Below are positions 41,085 through 51,076 of a stretch of DNA of 64,000 nt, in pieces. How positions within the stretch are numbered: the first letter of the stretch is position 1; each line of letters begins with the position of its first letter. The position numbers and the translations under genes are program-made. Below the pieces are notes generated by a model. The model ran no database searches, was not told the DNA's origin, and worked only from the letters and a program-made list of their open reading frames with translations. The DNA is from Candidatus Gottesmanbacteria bacterium (lineage in GTDB: Bacteria; Patescibacteriota; Microgenomatia; UBA10105; UBA927): positions 158,219 to 222,218 of the forward strand of contig CAWEKC010000001.1 in NCBI GenBank assembly GCA_963809665.1, written 5' to 3'.

Positions 41085-41726
41085 TTACGGTAGCTGCAGG
41101 CCGATATCCCTTTCAACCGTCGATGATTTACCGTACCTGCTCGTCGCGACTACGGTAATTTTATTTACACCGCTCTCCAGGGAAATTTGATCGAAAAATT
41201 TTCCGTCACTGCGAACCACAATATTGATTCCGTTCACGGTAACCGTTGCATCCGGATCCGTACTCCCGAGGACATCAATCCGCCGTTCATGCACGACGAG
41301 CTGATTCTTCGGTGAATCCACCGATAACGCCGGAGGCTGATTGAGTTTTCCGTATTGAAGTCCCAGGTAGGCCAAAAAAATAAGCACGAGTACGGCAAGA
41401 ATTCCCGCCAGGAATTTTCCCGGGGTGAGCTGCAACAGTGATTTTCCCATCGGTTCGCTTGTCGCCTTCGGCAATACACTTGAACGGGTTACTTCCGCCG
41501 TCTGCCGGCGGAAAAACGCCAACACCCTGCTGCTGTCTAATCCCAAATACTCGCTGTAGTTTTTAACAAATCCTTTGGCATACGACAAAGACGGCAATGA
41601 GCTGTAATCATCGGATTCTATGGCCCGTAAAAATTTCAAACGGATTTTCGTTGCCTCTTCCGCCTGGTCAAGTGTGATATTTTTTGCGCCGCGCGCTTCT
41701 TTGAGGATGCTCCCTACAGTTTTCAT
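41085..41726 (-). CDS. RodZ-like protein: HTH, TM, Ig-like domain
   Basis: GSILKEAR, YAKGFVKNYSEYLGL; overlaps ftsK stop. Confidence 0.8.
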   Translation of the reverse strand: MKTVGSILKEARGAKNITLDQAEEATKIRLKFLRAIESDDYSSLPSLSYAKGFVKNYSEYLGLDSSRVLAFFRRQTAEVTRSSVLPKATSEPMGKSLLQLTPGKFLAGILAVLVLIFLAYLGLQYGKLNQPPALSVDSPKNQLVVHERRIDVLGSTDPDATVTVNGINIVVRSDGKFFDQISLESGVNKITVVATSRYGKSSTVERDIGLQLP

Positions 41727-43867
41727 GAATTACCTTGCTGGGAAGCCAAAAAATCATCGGGGTTTTTGATAAGTACGTCACGGGGTTTGCTTCCCTCTCC
41801 GGGACCGATCACCCCTGCCTCTTCCAATTGATCCAAAATACGGGCCGCCCTGGCGTAGCCCACGGATAATCTCCGTTGTAATAGTGATGCCGATGCTTTA
41901 TCGTGCTGGCAGATTAAACGCAGCGCGTCTTCAAAAAGCGGGTCATGGCCGTCAGCCCCTACCGAACCTTTCTTAAGACTCCCGACAGGCTGTGTCGTAA
42001 CCTCCTCTGTGTACTGCACCGGTATGTTTTTGTTCTTGAGGAATGCAACAATCTTTTCAACCTCATGCTCGGATACATACGTTCCCTGAATACGGCTCGG
42101 TTTGGATTGATCTGCAGGAATATAGAGCATGTCTCCCCGCCCGAGTAATTTCTCCGCTCCCGGCATATCCAACACCACACGGGAATCAATCATGGAGGAC
42201 ACATTAAATGCAATACGTGACGGAATATTTGCTTTAATAAGACCGGTGATGACGTCAACGCTGGGGCGCTGTGTAGATAATACTAAATGAATTCCCGTGG
42301 CCCGTGCCATCTGTGCCAACCGGCAAATCGTATCCTCAACCTCAACCGGAGCGTATGCCATAAGATCCGCTAGCTCATCAATAAAAATTATGATAAACGG
42401 CATCGCCTGGAATCCGGACAGTTCATTAAACCCGTCAATGTTGCGCACTCCCACTTCCGCAAATTTCTTGTACCGGTTTTCCATCTCCGTCATAGCCCAG
42501 CGGAGTGCGGAAAGTATTTTATCGATTTCCACTATAACGGGGGTTAACAAATGCGGAATACCGTTGTAACCTGTCAGTTCCACCCGTTTCGGATCAACCA
42601 TAATCATCCGTACCTCTGAAGGGTTCGTCCTGAATAAAAGCGAGGCAATCCATGAGTTAATGAGGACCGATTTTCCCGACCCGGTGGTACCGGCAACCAG
42701 CACGTGCGGCATTTTCCCGATATCGGCAATAATCTCATTCCCCGATACATCAAGTCCCAACGCAACTGTCAATTTACTTTTTGCCTTACGGACGGCCTCC
42801 GACGACAGCATTTTCTTGAGCGTGACAAATTCCAAACCCCTGTTTGGAATTTCTATTCCGACCAGATTCCGTCCCGGGATGGGTGCTTCTATACGGACCT
42901 GCCCGGTTGGCGCGGACAGGGCCAACGCAAGATCACTTGAAAGGGAGGTTATTTTGGAGACTTTCGTTCCCAATGCCAGTTCTATGGCATATTGAGTGAC
43001 AGCCGGGCCCGCATTTACTTCCCGGACTTTTGCCGTAATACCGAAACTTTCCAGCGTCTTTTCAATCGTCGACATATTCTTACGCATATCACCGCGGTCG
43101 GCCTTTTGTGCCGGCCCGTCAGACAGAAGGGAGAGCGGCGGATATTCCCACATCGACATATCAGCGGCCTGCGACGTCATAGGATTGTTAATTTTTAAAT
43201 CCGGCTTTACCGAAGATGCCGCGGCTGACTTTGCCGGAACCGGCGGAGGGGTTATCGGGGACTTCATAAGCGGTTCATCCTGACCTTTTATTCTGATGGG
43301 AAGTTTTTCCTGCCCGAACAGAGGCTTCTCTTTTTTAGCGACTATGTTGCCGAAAAAGCCCGCGACGGCATCAAAAATCGTTTGTCCGCCGACAATAATG
43401 AAATTTACAATCTTATCCAACGACGCATTAAACAAAACCATAAGTCCGATAACAAGTATGGCCAAATAAATAATCACTGATCCTTCCGTGGCAAAATACC
43501 CCACAACCATATTCCATATTGAAGTGCCCACAAACCCCGCCTGCGTCAGTCCCAAGAGTGAAAGAAGCACTACCCCTAACCCGAACGGAATATTCGGTTT
43601 ACCTATATCCGATTTGATTTTAAAAAAAAGAAAGGAGAGCGTCACTAAAAACGGCGGCAGTCCGTACATAACCCAGCCGACGTGATAGGTAAGTTCATCC
43701 CGCAGTTGCGTAAAAAGCGCTCCGTCAATGAAAAACGATAACGTAATGATGGAGGCAAAAAGCCACAACCAGATAGCACCCACTGTGTAGACCGTTTGTT
43801 TTTTAAGTTTTAACTGAAACGGACTCCGTTTGTGATAATGACGGCGTTTGCCCCACTTCCTGGCCAT
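41723..43867 (-). CDS. ftsK: DNA translocase FtsK
   Basis: AGTTGSGKS, DELADLM, GAEKLLGRGDML, gamma domain GYARAAR. Confidence 0.97.
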   Translation of the reverse strand: MARKWGKRRHYHKRSPFQLKLKKQTVYTVGAIWLWLFASIITLSFFIDGALFTQLRDELTYHVGWVMYGLPPFLVTLSFLFFKIKSDIGKPNIPFGLGVVLLSLLGLTQAGFVGTSIWNMVVGYFATEGSVIIYLAILVIGLMVLFNASLDKIVNFIIVGGQTIFDAVAGFFGNIVAKKEKPLFGQEKLPIRIKGQDEPLMKSPITPPPVPAKSAAASSVKPDLKINNPMTSQAADMSMWEYPPLSLLSDGPAQKADRGDMRKNMSTIEKTLESFGITAKVREVNAGPAVTQYAIELALGTKVSKITSLSSDLALALSAPTGQVRIEAPIPGRNLVGIEIPNRGLEFVTLKKMLSSEAVRKAKSKLTVALGLDVSGNEIIADIGKMPHVLVAGTTGSGKSVLINSWIASLLFRTNPSEVRMIMVDPKRVELTGYNGIPHLLTPVIVEIDKILSALRWAMTEMENRYKKFAEVGVRNIDGFNELSGFQAMPFIIIFIDELADLMAYAPVEVEDTICRLAQMARATGIHLVLSTQRPSVDVITGLIKANIPSRIAFNVSSMIDSRVVLDMPGAEKLLGRGDMLYIPADQSKPSRIQGTYVSEHEVEKIVAFLKNKNIPVQYTEEVTTQPVGSLKKGSVGADGHDPLFEDALRLICQHDKASASLLQRRLSVGYARAARILDQLEEAGVIGPGEGSKPRDVLIKNPDDFLASQQGNS

Positions 43868-43912
43868 GGAACTAGTATAGGGGGAAATAACGCCAAGTTC
43901 AACCCAGCTCCG

Positions 43913-45673
43913 CTAGACTTCAACAATCACCGGCACAATAAGCGGACGGCGTCCGGTTTCGCGAAGTAAAAATTTCTCGAGGTTTTCTCCGATTTGAGAC
44001 CGGACAAACCGCCAATCGGTGATATGGCCCTTTTTAAGCCGGAGTGACTCGGATACCACATGCTGGGCTTTGTTCAATAGGTCTCCCGATTCCTTCATAT
44101 ATACAAATCCGCGGGAGATTATATCGGGAGCAGCCGTAACACGGCCGGTCGATTTCTCCATGGGAACCACTACAACGACTATACCATCTGTTGCAATCGT
44201 TTGCCTGTCCCGGAGTACGGCGTTCCCTACATCACCAACCCCGAGGCCGTCTATCATGACATTTTCAAGCTCAAGAGTCTCGACCACGCGCGGCTGTTGT
44301 CCTTTTTTAAATTCCAATACCTGTCCTTCTTCAGGAATCAATACATCGCGCTTCTCATACCCTAAATCCAGCGCAAGCCGCCGGTATTGCATGATATGCC
44401 GGTATGTGCCGCCGATCGGAAAAATATATTTTGGTCCCAACGCCGACAGGAGAAGCATAAGGTCCCCCTGCGACCCGTGACCGGAAACATGCAGGTCTTC
44501 CATAATGTCCGAATATGCCACACGTGCACCTTTCCGGTACAATTGTTCGATGATAGAGGCAACACTTCCTTCATTTCCCGGTATGGCGTCAGCTGAAAAA
44601 ACTACCGTATCACCCTCCGCAATGTGTATATACTTGTGATTATCATTGGCCATGCGTGAGAGTGCGGAATTCGATTGTCCCTGTGCGCCAGCGGCGATAA
44701 GGAATTGCTTCGTCGGCGGCAGCCGCTTGAGATCCGTGTCGCGGATGACCGACTCACCGGGGAACCTCATATAGCCCAATTTCACCGCTGCTTCCACGTT
44801 GTGATCCATGCTCCGTCCGAAGAACGCAATCTTTCTGCCGTGCGCAAGACCGATTTCAATCGCCAACTGAATCCGGGAAATATTTGACGACTGGGTGGTA
44901 AAAATAAATTTACCAGTACATAGGGCGATTTCTTTTTCAAGCGTCTCCCCAACCACCTGTTCCGACGGAGTAAATCCCGGCCGTTCACTACCCAATGAGT
45001 CGGTAAGGAGCGTAAGAACGCCCCTTTTCCCTACGGCATTAATCTTATCCAGTTCCGACTTTTTGCCGTCAAGCGGGTCAAAGTCAAATTTAAAATCACT
45101 ACCGTGATAAAAAATACCTACCGGCGTTTCGATGATAAGGTTTGCCGTATCAGGAACCGAATGTGTCATGCGGACAAGTGATACGGTAAACGGATCGATC
45201 CGCAGTACCTCATTGAATTCGACAGGAGTTACACGATTTTTAATCTTTGCCTCTTCTAATTTTATGTTGGCAAATGCCGCAGTCAGCCGTGTTCCCCACA
45301 TGGGAATTCTTCCTAATTTGGGGTATAAATACGGAATTCCTCCTATGTGATCGTCATGCCCGTGCGTAAATACCAGACCGCGGATATACTGTTTTTTATT
45401 GTCCAGATACCTGATGTCCGGCAATACGAGATCAATGCCGTACATTTCCTCATCGGGGAATCCGATACCGCAATCAACGATAAGTATGTCGCGGATTTTA
45501 CCGTCATACCGGTATTCATACACGAACATATTTTTTGTCACGTTTCCGGTTCCCCCGAGCGGGACAATCCGGACACTGTCCTTACCGGTTCCTGAGGAAC
45601 CGGTAAACACCTGTTGGTGCGGGGGACCCCGTCTCTTTTCTCTCTGCTGTTTCATAAATGGGTTAAATTTCAT
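43913..45673 (-). CDS. rnj: Ribonuclease J
   Basis: THGHDDHIGG, HSVPD, DFKFD, HVSGHG. Confidence 0.95.
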   Translation of the reverse strand: MKFNPFMKQQREKRRGPPHQQVFTGSSGTGKDSVRIVPLGGTGNVTKNMFVYEYRYDGKIRDILIVDCGIGFPDEEMYGIDLVLPDIRYLDNKKQYIRGLVFTHGHDDHIGGIPYLYPKLGRIPMWGTRLTAAFANIKLEEAKIKNRVTPVEFNEVLRIDPFTVSLVRMTHSVPDTANLIIETPVGIFYHGSDFKFDFDPLDGKKSELDKINAVGKRGVLTLLTDSLGSERPGFTPSEQVVGETLEKEIALCTGKFIFTTQSSNISRIQLAIEIGLAHGRKIAFFGRSMDHNVEAAVKLGYMRFPGESVIRDTDLKRLPPTKQFLIAAGAQGQSNSALSRMANDNHKYIHIAEGDTVVFSADAIPGNEGSVASIIEQLYRKGARVAYSDIMEDLHVSGHGSQGDLMLLLSALGPKYIFPIGGTYRHIMQYRRLALDLGYEKRDVLIPEEGQVLEFKKGQQPRVVETLELENVMIDGLGVGDVGNAVLRDRQTIATDGIVVVVVPMEKSTGRVTAAPDIISRGFVYMKESGDLLNKAQHVVSESLRLKKGHITDWRFVRSQIGENLEKFLLRETGRRPLIVPVIVEV

Positions 45674-45674
45674 A

Positions 45675-46718
45675 CTAATAACTTTCTACAAAATTTTTTA
45701 TATTATTTTCGTCTATATGAACCTGCGTTCCGCGACCTTCAACTATCATACGCGCCACTTTACGGCAAATGCCGTTAATCGTCCTTTCTAAACTCCTGAT
45801 CCCGGCGTCGTACCCGAGGGGCCTAACAAGCCGCGGCCAGATTGCATCATCGATCGTGAGGTTTTCCGGCGTAAGCCCCGACTGGCGCATAAGATTGGGC
45901 AATACGTAGTCCTTGGCAATTTTGGTCTTTTCCTCATCGGTGTAGGAGGGCATTTGGATCGGTTCCAAACGGTCCAACACCGCGGTTGCGATGTGTTCCG
46001 TATTATTTGCCGTTGCAATAAAAAGTACGTCGGATAGGTCAAACGGATAATCTAAATAATGATCCGTAAATGCCACATTCTGTTCCGGGTCCAGAAGTTC
46101 TACCAAGACTCCCATGATATCTCCGCGCGCCGCTTCCGCGACACGGTCTATTTCGTCCAGGAGCATAACCGGGTTTTTACTGCCGGCAAACCGCAACCCC
46201 TTCATAATAAGACCGATTTCCGCGTCCGGCCTCACGCGGGACTGACCGCGAAGTTCCAGCGCATCGCTCATCCCGCCGAACGGAACGCGGACGAACCGCC
46301 TTCCCATTGCCTGAGCGATAGATTTTGCAAGCGTTGTTTTCCCGGTCCCCACAAGGCCAACCAGACACAGGATCGGCGCGCGCCTGGCAAGCATGGCCTG
46401 CTCTTTATTCAATTTCAAAACCGATAAATATTCCAGAATACTGTCTTTTACCGGCGCCAGACCGTAATGATTTTTTTCTAAAATTTCCTTGGTTTTTGTC
46501 AAATCCAATGTATCTTCCGTTCGTGTATTCCAGGGGAGCGCAACAACCCAATCGATATACCGCAGCATTTGCTCGATATGGACGCGGGCAGTTATATCAT
46601 TTTCCAGCCGAGATATTTCCTCAAGATTGCCGACTACGCGCGATTCCAAATCACCAGGGACATGGGATTCTGCAATTTTTTTACGGAGACCCGTCACTTC
46701 ATCACTCAACTTAGACAT
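45675..46718 (-). CDS. Lon-type AAA+ ATPase module without N-domain or protease domain
   Basis: HYGL, GLVGTGKT, LLDEIDR, LLDPEQN, ATAN, GIRSLER; ends at the end of the AAA module. Confidence 0.88.
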   Translation of the reverse strand: MSKLSDEVTGLRKKIAESHVPGDLESRVVGNLEEISRLENDITARVHIEQMLRYIDWVVALPWNTRTEDTLDLTKTKEILEKNHYGLAPVKDSILEYLSVLKLNKEQAMLARRAPILCLVGLVGTGKTTLAKSIAQAMGRRFVRVPFGGMSDALELRGQSRVRPDAEIGLIMKGLRFAGSKNPVMLLDEIDRVAEAARGDIMGVLVELLDPEQNVAFTDHYLDYPFDLSDVLFIATANNTEHIATAVLDRLEPIQMPSYTDEEKTKIAKDYVLPNLMRQSGLTPENLTIDDAIWPRLVRPLGYDAGIRSLERTINGICRKVARMIVEGRGTQVHIDENNIKNFVESY

Positions 46719-46737
46719 ATAAAATCATCATACCATA

Positions 46738-48906
46738 CTAAAATCTTCGGGGACCGCGTCCGCGTGGCCGGAAACTTGGTTCCCGCCGCTCGCGCTGGGG
46801 TGCTTTCTTGGCATCTTCGCCGAATAACATTGATAAATTAATTCTATGCATATCATCCACTTCCATAACTCTTACATGGACTTTCTGGCCTATCTTCACG
46901 ACTTCTTCCGGCTTATTAACGAACCCCGTGGACATTTGTGACACATGCACCATGCCTTCTTTCCCCGGCAAAATTTCCACAAACGCGCCGAAAGGAAGAA
47001 TCCGTTTCACTTCGCCCTCAAACTCTTCATTGACCGTTACCTCGCGCGTTAAACCCGTTACCCAATCAACCGCTTTTTGAACAGCAGTCTGGTCAACACC
47101 GGAAATCATAACTGACCCGTCATCCTCCACGTCCACCGTGGCTCCGGTCGTCGCAATAATATTTCGGATCATTTTGCCGCCGGGTCCGATAACTTCACCG
47201 ATTTTCTCAACCGGAATCTTCACAACCTGCACTTTGGGCGCATATTTAGACAGATTCGTACGGGGAGCCGTAAGCACGGAAAGCATTTTTTCCAATACCT
47301 TCATTCTTGCCACGCGCGCCCGCTCAAATGTACCGTCAATAATCTCATCCGTTAATCCGTCAATTTTCATATCCAGCTGAATGGCAGTGATACCGTTTTT
47401 GGTTCCCGCCACTTTGAAGTCCATATCGCCGGCAAAATCCTCAATACCCATGATGTCGGTGAGGAGGATAAACTTTTTCTTATCCGTCATGAGGCCTATT
47501 GATATACCGGCAACCGGTTCTTTAATCGGTACGCCTGCATCCATAAGAGCGAGCGTTGATGCGCAGGTGGACGCCATGGATGTAGAGCCGTTGCTGGACA
47601 TGACCTCAGAAACCAGACGGATTGTATACGGAAATTCTTCCTCGGAAGGAATAACGGACAGGAGTGCCCGTTCGGCAAGAGCTCCGTGCCCGATCTCGCG
47701 CCGGCTCGGTGTTCCTACGCGGCCAGTTTCTCCCACAGAATACGGCGGCATGCTGTAATGATGGATGTACCGCTTTGCTTCCTCTCCGGTCGGGCTTTCG
47801 ATAAGCTGCTCGAGCGAGGGAGTCCCCAGAGTCGCGACCGTTAATACCTGTGTCTGACCCCGTGAAAATACTGCACTTCCGTGAGTCCGCGGAAGTATGC
47901 CCACTTCTGCCGCAAGCGGCCGGACTTCATCTATTTTCCTGCCGTCAAACCGCTTTTCGCGGGTCAGAATATTATCCCGGACCTGTTTTTTAAACAATCC
48001 ATCAAGCGCTTCCTCTATGGCTTTTTGCGTATAATCTTTCCCGTACGCCTCTGCGATAGTTTTGGCCAGTGCCGCCACTTCATCGCCGCCGAATTCTTTT
48101 TCCGCTTTCGCGGCGAAGGCAGATTCCATTTCCTTTTTATAGTCTTTGACAATTTTTACTTTCAGCTCTTCCGTTTCCGTTGCGGCCGGTGCCGGTACCT
48201 TTGTTTTTCCGACAGCTGTAACCAAGTCTTCAATAAGTCCGATGATTTTTTTATTCGAATCTTTGGCCATGGTGATGGCATCTTTGACTATGTTCTCCGG
48301 CGTTTCACAGAAACCGCCTTCAAGCATAATCACCTTATCGCGATTGGAGGCAACGATAAAATCAAAATCGCTGATTGCCTGTTCGGAAATCCGCGGATTG
48401 ACAATCAGCGTCCCTTCGTCCCCGTCTGCATGCACATATCCCATACGGACGCCCGATACCGGACCGTTCCATGGGATCGGAGAAATGGCAATAGCCGCCG
48501 ATGTGGCAACCAGTCCCATCACGTCGGGGTCATTTTCCCCGTCAACGGAAAGTACGGTGATAATCACCTGTACATCGTGCTTGTATGATTTGGGAAACAA
48601 GGGGCGGATCGAGCGGTCAATCACGCGACCGGCAAGTACTGCATCGTCCGAAGGCCTCCCTTCACGTTTTACCCATCGGGACCCTTTAATGCGTCCACCG
48701 GCATACAGCCTCTCGACGTATTCGACGGACAGCGGAAAATAATCAAGCGTCGTTTCGCGGCTGGATGCTGTTACGGTGGCCAAAACCATCGTATCGCCGT
48801 ACCGCGCAAGCACTGCAGCCGATGCCTGCTCTGCAAACCGGCCCACCTCAAGTGAAAGCGTTCTTCCGCCTACTTCAATAGATTTTTTAACAATTTTTTT
48901 TAACAT
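46738..48906 (-). CDS. pnp: Polyribonucleotide nucleotidyltransferase
   Basis: RREIGHG, SNGSTSMAS, GDMDFKVAG, KH and S1 domains. Confidence 0.98.
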   Translation of the reverse strand: MLKKIVKKSIEVGGRTLSLEVGRFAEQASAAVLARYGDTMVLATVTASSRETTLDYFPLSVEYVERLYAGGRIKGSRWVKREGRPSDDAVLAGRVIDRSIRPLFPKSYKHDVQVIITVLSVDGENDPDVMGLVATSAAIAISPIPWNGPVSGVRMGYVHADGDEGTLIVNPRISEQAISDFDFIVASNRDKVIMLEGGFCETPENIVKDAITMAKDSNKKIIGLIEDLVTAVGKTKVPAPAATETEELKVKIVKDYKKEMESAFAAKAEKEFGGDEVAALAKTIAEAYGKDYTQKAIEEALDGLFKKQVRDNILTREKRFDGRKIDEVRPLAAEVGILPRTHGSAVFSRGQTQVLTVATLGTPSLEQLIESPTGEEAKRYIHHYSMPPYSVGETGRVGTPSRREIGHGALAERALLSVIPSEEEFPYTIRLVSEVMSSNGSTSMASTCASTLALMDAGVPIKEPVAGISIGLMTDKKKFILLTDIMGIEDFAGDMDFKVAGTKNGITAIQLDMKIDGLTDEIIDGTFERARVARMKVLEKMLSVLTAPRTNLSKYAPKVQVVKIPVEKIGEVIGPGGKMIRNIIATTGATVDVEDDGSVMISGVDQTAVQKAVDWVTGLTREVTVNEEFEGEVKRILPFGAFVEILPGKEGMVHVSQMSTGFVNKPEEVVKIGQKVHVRVMEVDDMHRINLSMLFGEDAKKAPQRERREPSFRPRGRGPRRF

Positions 48907-49030
48907 GAAATTATTTTCAGGGGAAAGTGGGAAGTGGGATCGCTTCGATCCCGCTGAGCGGGACTCAAGACATCACACTTCTTTCTATTCCCTACTGACG
49001 TATTATACTATACTTTTATTTTATTGTCAT
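48907..49030 (-). promoter_or_regulatory. pnp promoter and long stem-loop leader with inner palindrome
   Basis: ATGACA-N17-TATAAT(49007-02); GAAGTG..CACTTC arms; TCCCGC-TCA-GCGGGA. Confidence 0.6.
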
Positions 49031-49413
49031 TTTCCCAGTCCGAGTTTCGCTGAAATGTCCTTGAAGCGCTTTGCGTCTTTCTTTCCGAGATAGTTCAGGA
49101 GACGGCGCCGCTTGCTTACGATTCCTAAAAGGCCGCGTCGGGAATGATTATCGGACGGATTTGCTTTTAAGTGACCGACAAGTTTCTCTATCCGCTTGGT
49201 CAGTAGTGCCACCTGGACCTCGGGACTCCCCGTGTCTCCTGCTTTAACCTGGTACTTTGCAATCACTTCCTGCTTTTCCTCGCTGGGTGCAGGCACGGCA
49301 ACAGCTTCCGTAACCTTCCTGACAGCTTTCGTTGTTTTCGGGGATTTCGCGACTGTTTTCACTGCTTTTTTAGCAGGAACTTTCTTAACCGTAGTTTTTA
49401 CTTTCGTAGCCAT
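49027..49413 (-). CDS. rpsO: 30S ribosomal protein uS15 with Lys/Ala-rich N-terminal extension
   Basis: DTGSPEVQVALL, DNHSRRGLL. Confidence 0.96.
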   Translation of the reverse strand: MATKVKTTVKKVPAKKAVKTVAKSPKTTKAVRKVTEAVAVPAPSEEKQEVIAKYQVKAGDTGSPEVQVALLTKRIEKLVGHLKANPSDNHSRRGLLGIVSKRRRLLNYLGKKDAKRFKDISAKLGLGK

Positions 49414-49486
49414 AAATTAATTCAAAAAACGGAGCATTTTCGCGCTCCAATGTGGGTATTTTAGCACAAATGGGATTTTATTTCAA
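49414..49486 (-). promoter_or_regulatory. rpsO promoter with terminator-like leader hairpin
   Basis: TTGAAA-N17-TAAAAT with TGn; GGAGCG-CGAAAA-TGCTCC-GTTTTTT. Confidence 0.65.
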
Positions 49487-49501
49487 TCGTCTGTTTGGTA
49501 T

Positions 49502-49777
49502 TTAGGCCCCTGTGATTTCGAGGTTACCAATCACTAATGATTTACCGGCTTCTAATCTTTTTCCGTTCACAACACATCCTTTCCCGCGTCCATCACCAAT
49601 AACATGAGCCAGGGAGTCAGGAACATCGTCTGTATAGTAAATAAGATCTTCTCCGTCCCCCAACTCATTTGGGAACGCCGCAACTTTATCACCTTCAATC
49701 TGTTGCTTTTTATGATCCTGTTCCACAACCATTACCCAACCTTTACCAATTTCATAAACTTCAACTTTTGCTACCAT
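49502..49777 (-). CDS. Hypothetical protein
   Basis: 91 aa, beta-rich, ATG start. Confidence 0.55.
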   Translation of the reverse strand: MVAKVEVYEIGKGWVMVVEQDHKKQQIEGDKVAAFPNELGDGEDLIYYTDDVPDSLAHVIGDGRGKGCVVNGKRLEAGKSLVIGNLEITGA

Positions 49778-49793
49778 ATTTTATTGTTGTTCG

Positions 49794-50186
49794 TTATTTT
49801 TCCTGCTCTCTAACTATATTAGCTAACCCATGAACGGCTTCAATAAATTCATGTCTGGTCTTTTCTTGTTCTCGAAATAAGAGCGTCCCAATAGTTTCAG
49901 GTGTGTTTTTTAAATACCCCCTGTCAACTAAATAAACCTGTAGCTCAGCGGGTAGTCTGTTTTTATCAAGTATTGCAGGTAATAGTTGTTGTATATAAAC
50001 TTGTTCTATTGGTGAACGTCCCTGCTCTGCACCGTATGTTAATATACCGTGCTGAAATAATTCTTCGACTACACGGATATCCTCACTTATTGTTATATCA
50101 ATACCTAATTCTTTCGCGGCAGCTTCCAAAACTGAATAATTTTGTTTCTCAAATACTCTAAATGGTTTATCGTCAGTTGTATTCAC
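49794..50186 (-). CDS. Hypothetical protein, AT-rich
   Basis: 130 aa, GTG start 3 nt after the upstream stop. Confidence 0.55.
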   Translation of the reverse strand: MNTTDDKPFRVFEKQNYSVLEAAAKELGIDITISEDIRVVEELFQHGILTYGAEQGRSPIEQVYIQQLLPAILDKNRLPAELQVYLVDRGYLKNTPETIGTLLFREQEKTRHEFIEAVHGLANIVREQEK

Positions 50187-50189
50187 AGA

Positions 50190-51074
50190 TTAAATCAGAT
50201 TGGAACTCTTGAAGATTTTCGGTTTGAGCCAGTCGGGCGGAGTTTCCTTGGGTTTCTCGGCGGGTTTGGGTTCAACCGGCGCGGGTGTAACGGGAGCGCT
50301 TTCAACCACGGTTGACGGGACTTCCGCAGACGTACCCGGTTTCCAAAACCTCTTCCCGCCCGCCTTCATACATGCGGCGGCAAGTTCGAATGCCTGCGGA
50401 CTTACACGGGGATTCTGGAATGCATTGGTAGAACTATACAGTGCATTTAACACATTTGTCGCAATATCCGCGGTGAGCCGGACACCAATTCCTGATAAAA
50501 ACAGCGAAACGACTTCTGCGGTAGAGGAAACTTCCGGATCTACAATGTTTATCTGTCCGTACTGGGCATTATTCGGATGCCGGTCTATATTTATAACAGT
50601 CTTACCGGAGAATAATTCCCTGTTCTCTTCAAAAACTTTCTTCAAACCCCCGAGGTGAATCGTGTCCACGGCAATAATGAGATCCGCTGATGTCCCGCCG
50701 TAGGAATAGTGGACTTTATCCTGTGAAAATCCGGCATGCCCCGTACGCGGCTCGACAACCAGATTGAATTTGTTGCCTTCAATATTATAACTGACTTTTT
50801 CTATGGACCCTTCCTCGTAATCGAGGGAGATAATGAAATTCTTACGGGATAAGTCGGCTGCAAATTTATTGACCCCTACAAAGTCCGACATTTCAACCGT
50901 CATTGCATCCGGACATACAATACTCACTTTTTTCCCCAGGCTTTCAAGTCCCAGATAGAGCGCCAGGGAACTGCCGATGCTGTCGAACGTCGGATGCTCG
51001 TGGGTAACGATAAGGATTTCGTTCGCCTTATCAAGAAGCTCTTTTACTTTGGTAATATCTGCAGTCAAGTCCAT
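50190..51074 (-). CDS. DHH-family (NrnA-like) protein with degenerate motifs
   Basis: HEHPTFDSIGS, AVDT, NIDRHP, SSTAEVV; no DHHA1 domain. Confidence 0.8.
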   Translation of the reverse strand: MDLTADITKVKELLDKANEILIVTHEHPTFDSIGSSLALYLGLESLGKKVSIVCPDAMTVEMSDFVGVNKFAADLSRKNFIISLDYEEGSIEKVSYNIEGNKFNLVVEPRTGHAGFSQDKVHYSYGGTSADLIIAVDTIHLGGLKKVFEENRELFSGKTVINIDRHPNNAQYGQINIVDPEVSSTAEVVSLFLSGIGVRLTADIATNVLNALYSSTNAFQNPRVSPQAFELAAACMKAGGKRFWKPGTSAEVPSTVVESAPVTPAPVEPKPAEKPKETPPDWLKPKIFKSSNLI

Positions 51075-51076
51075 AA

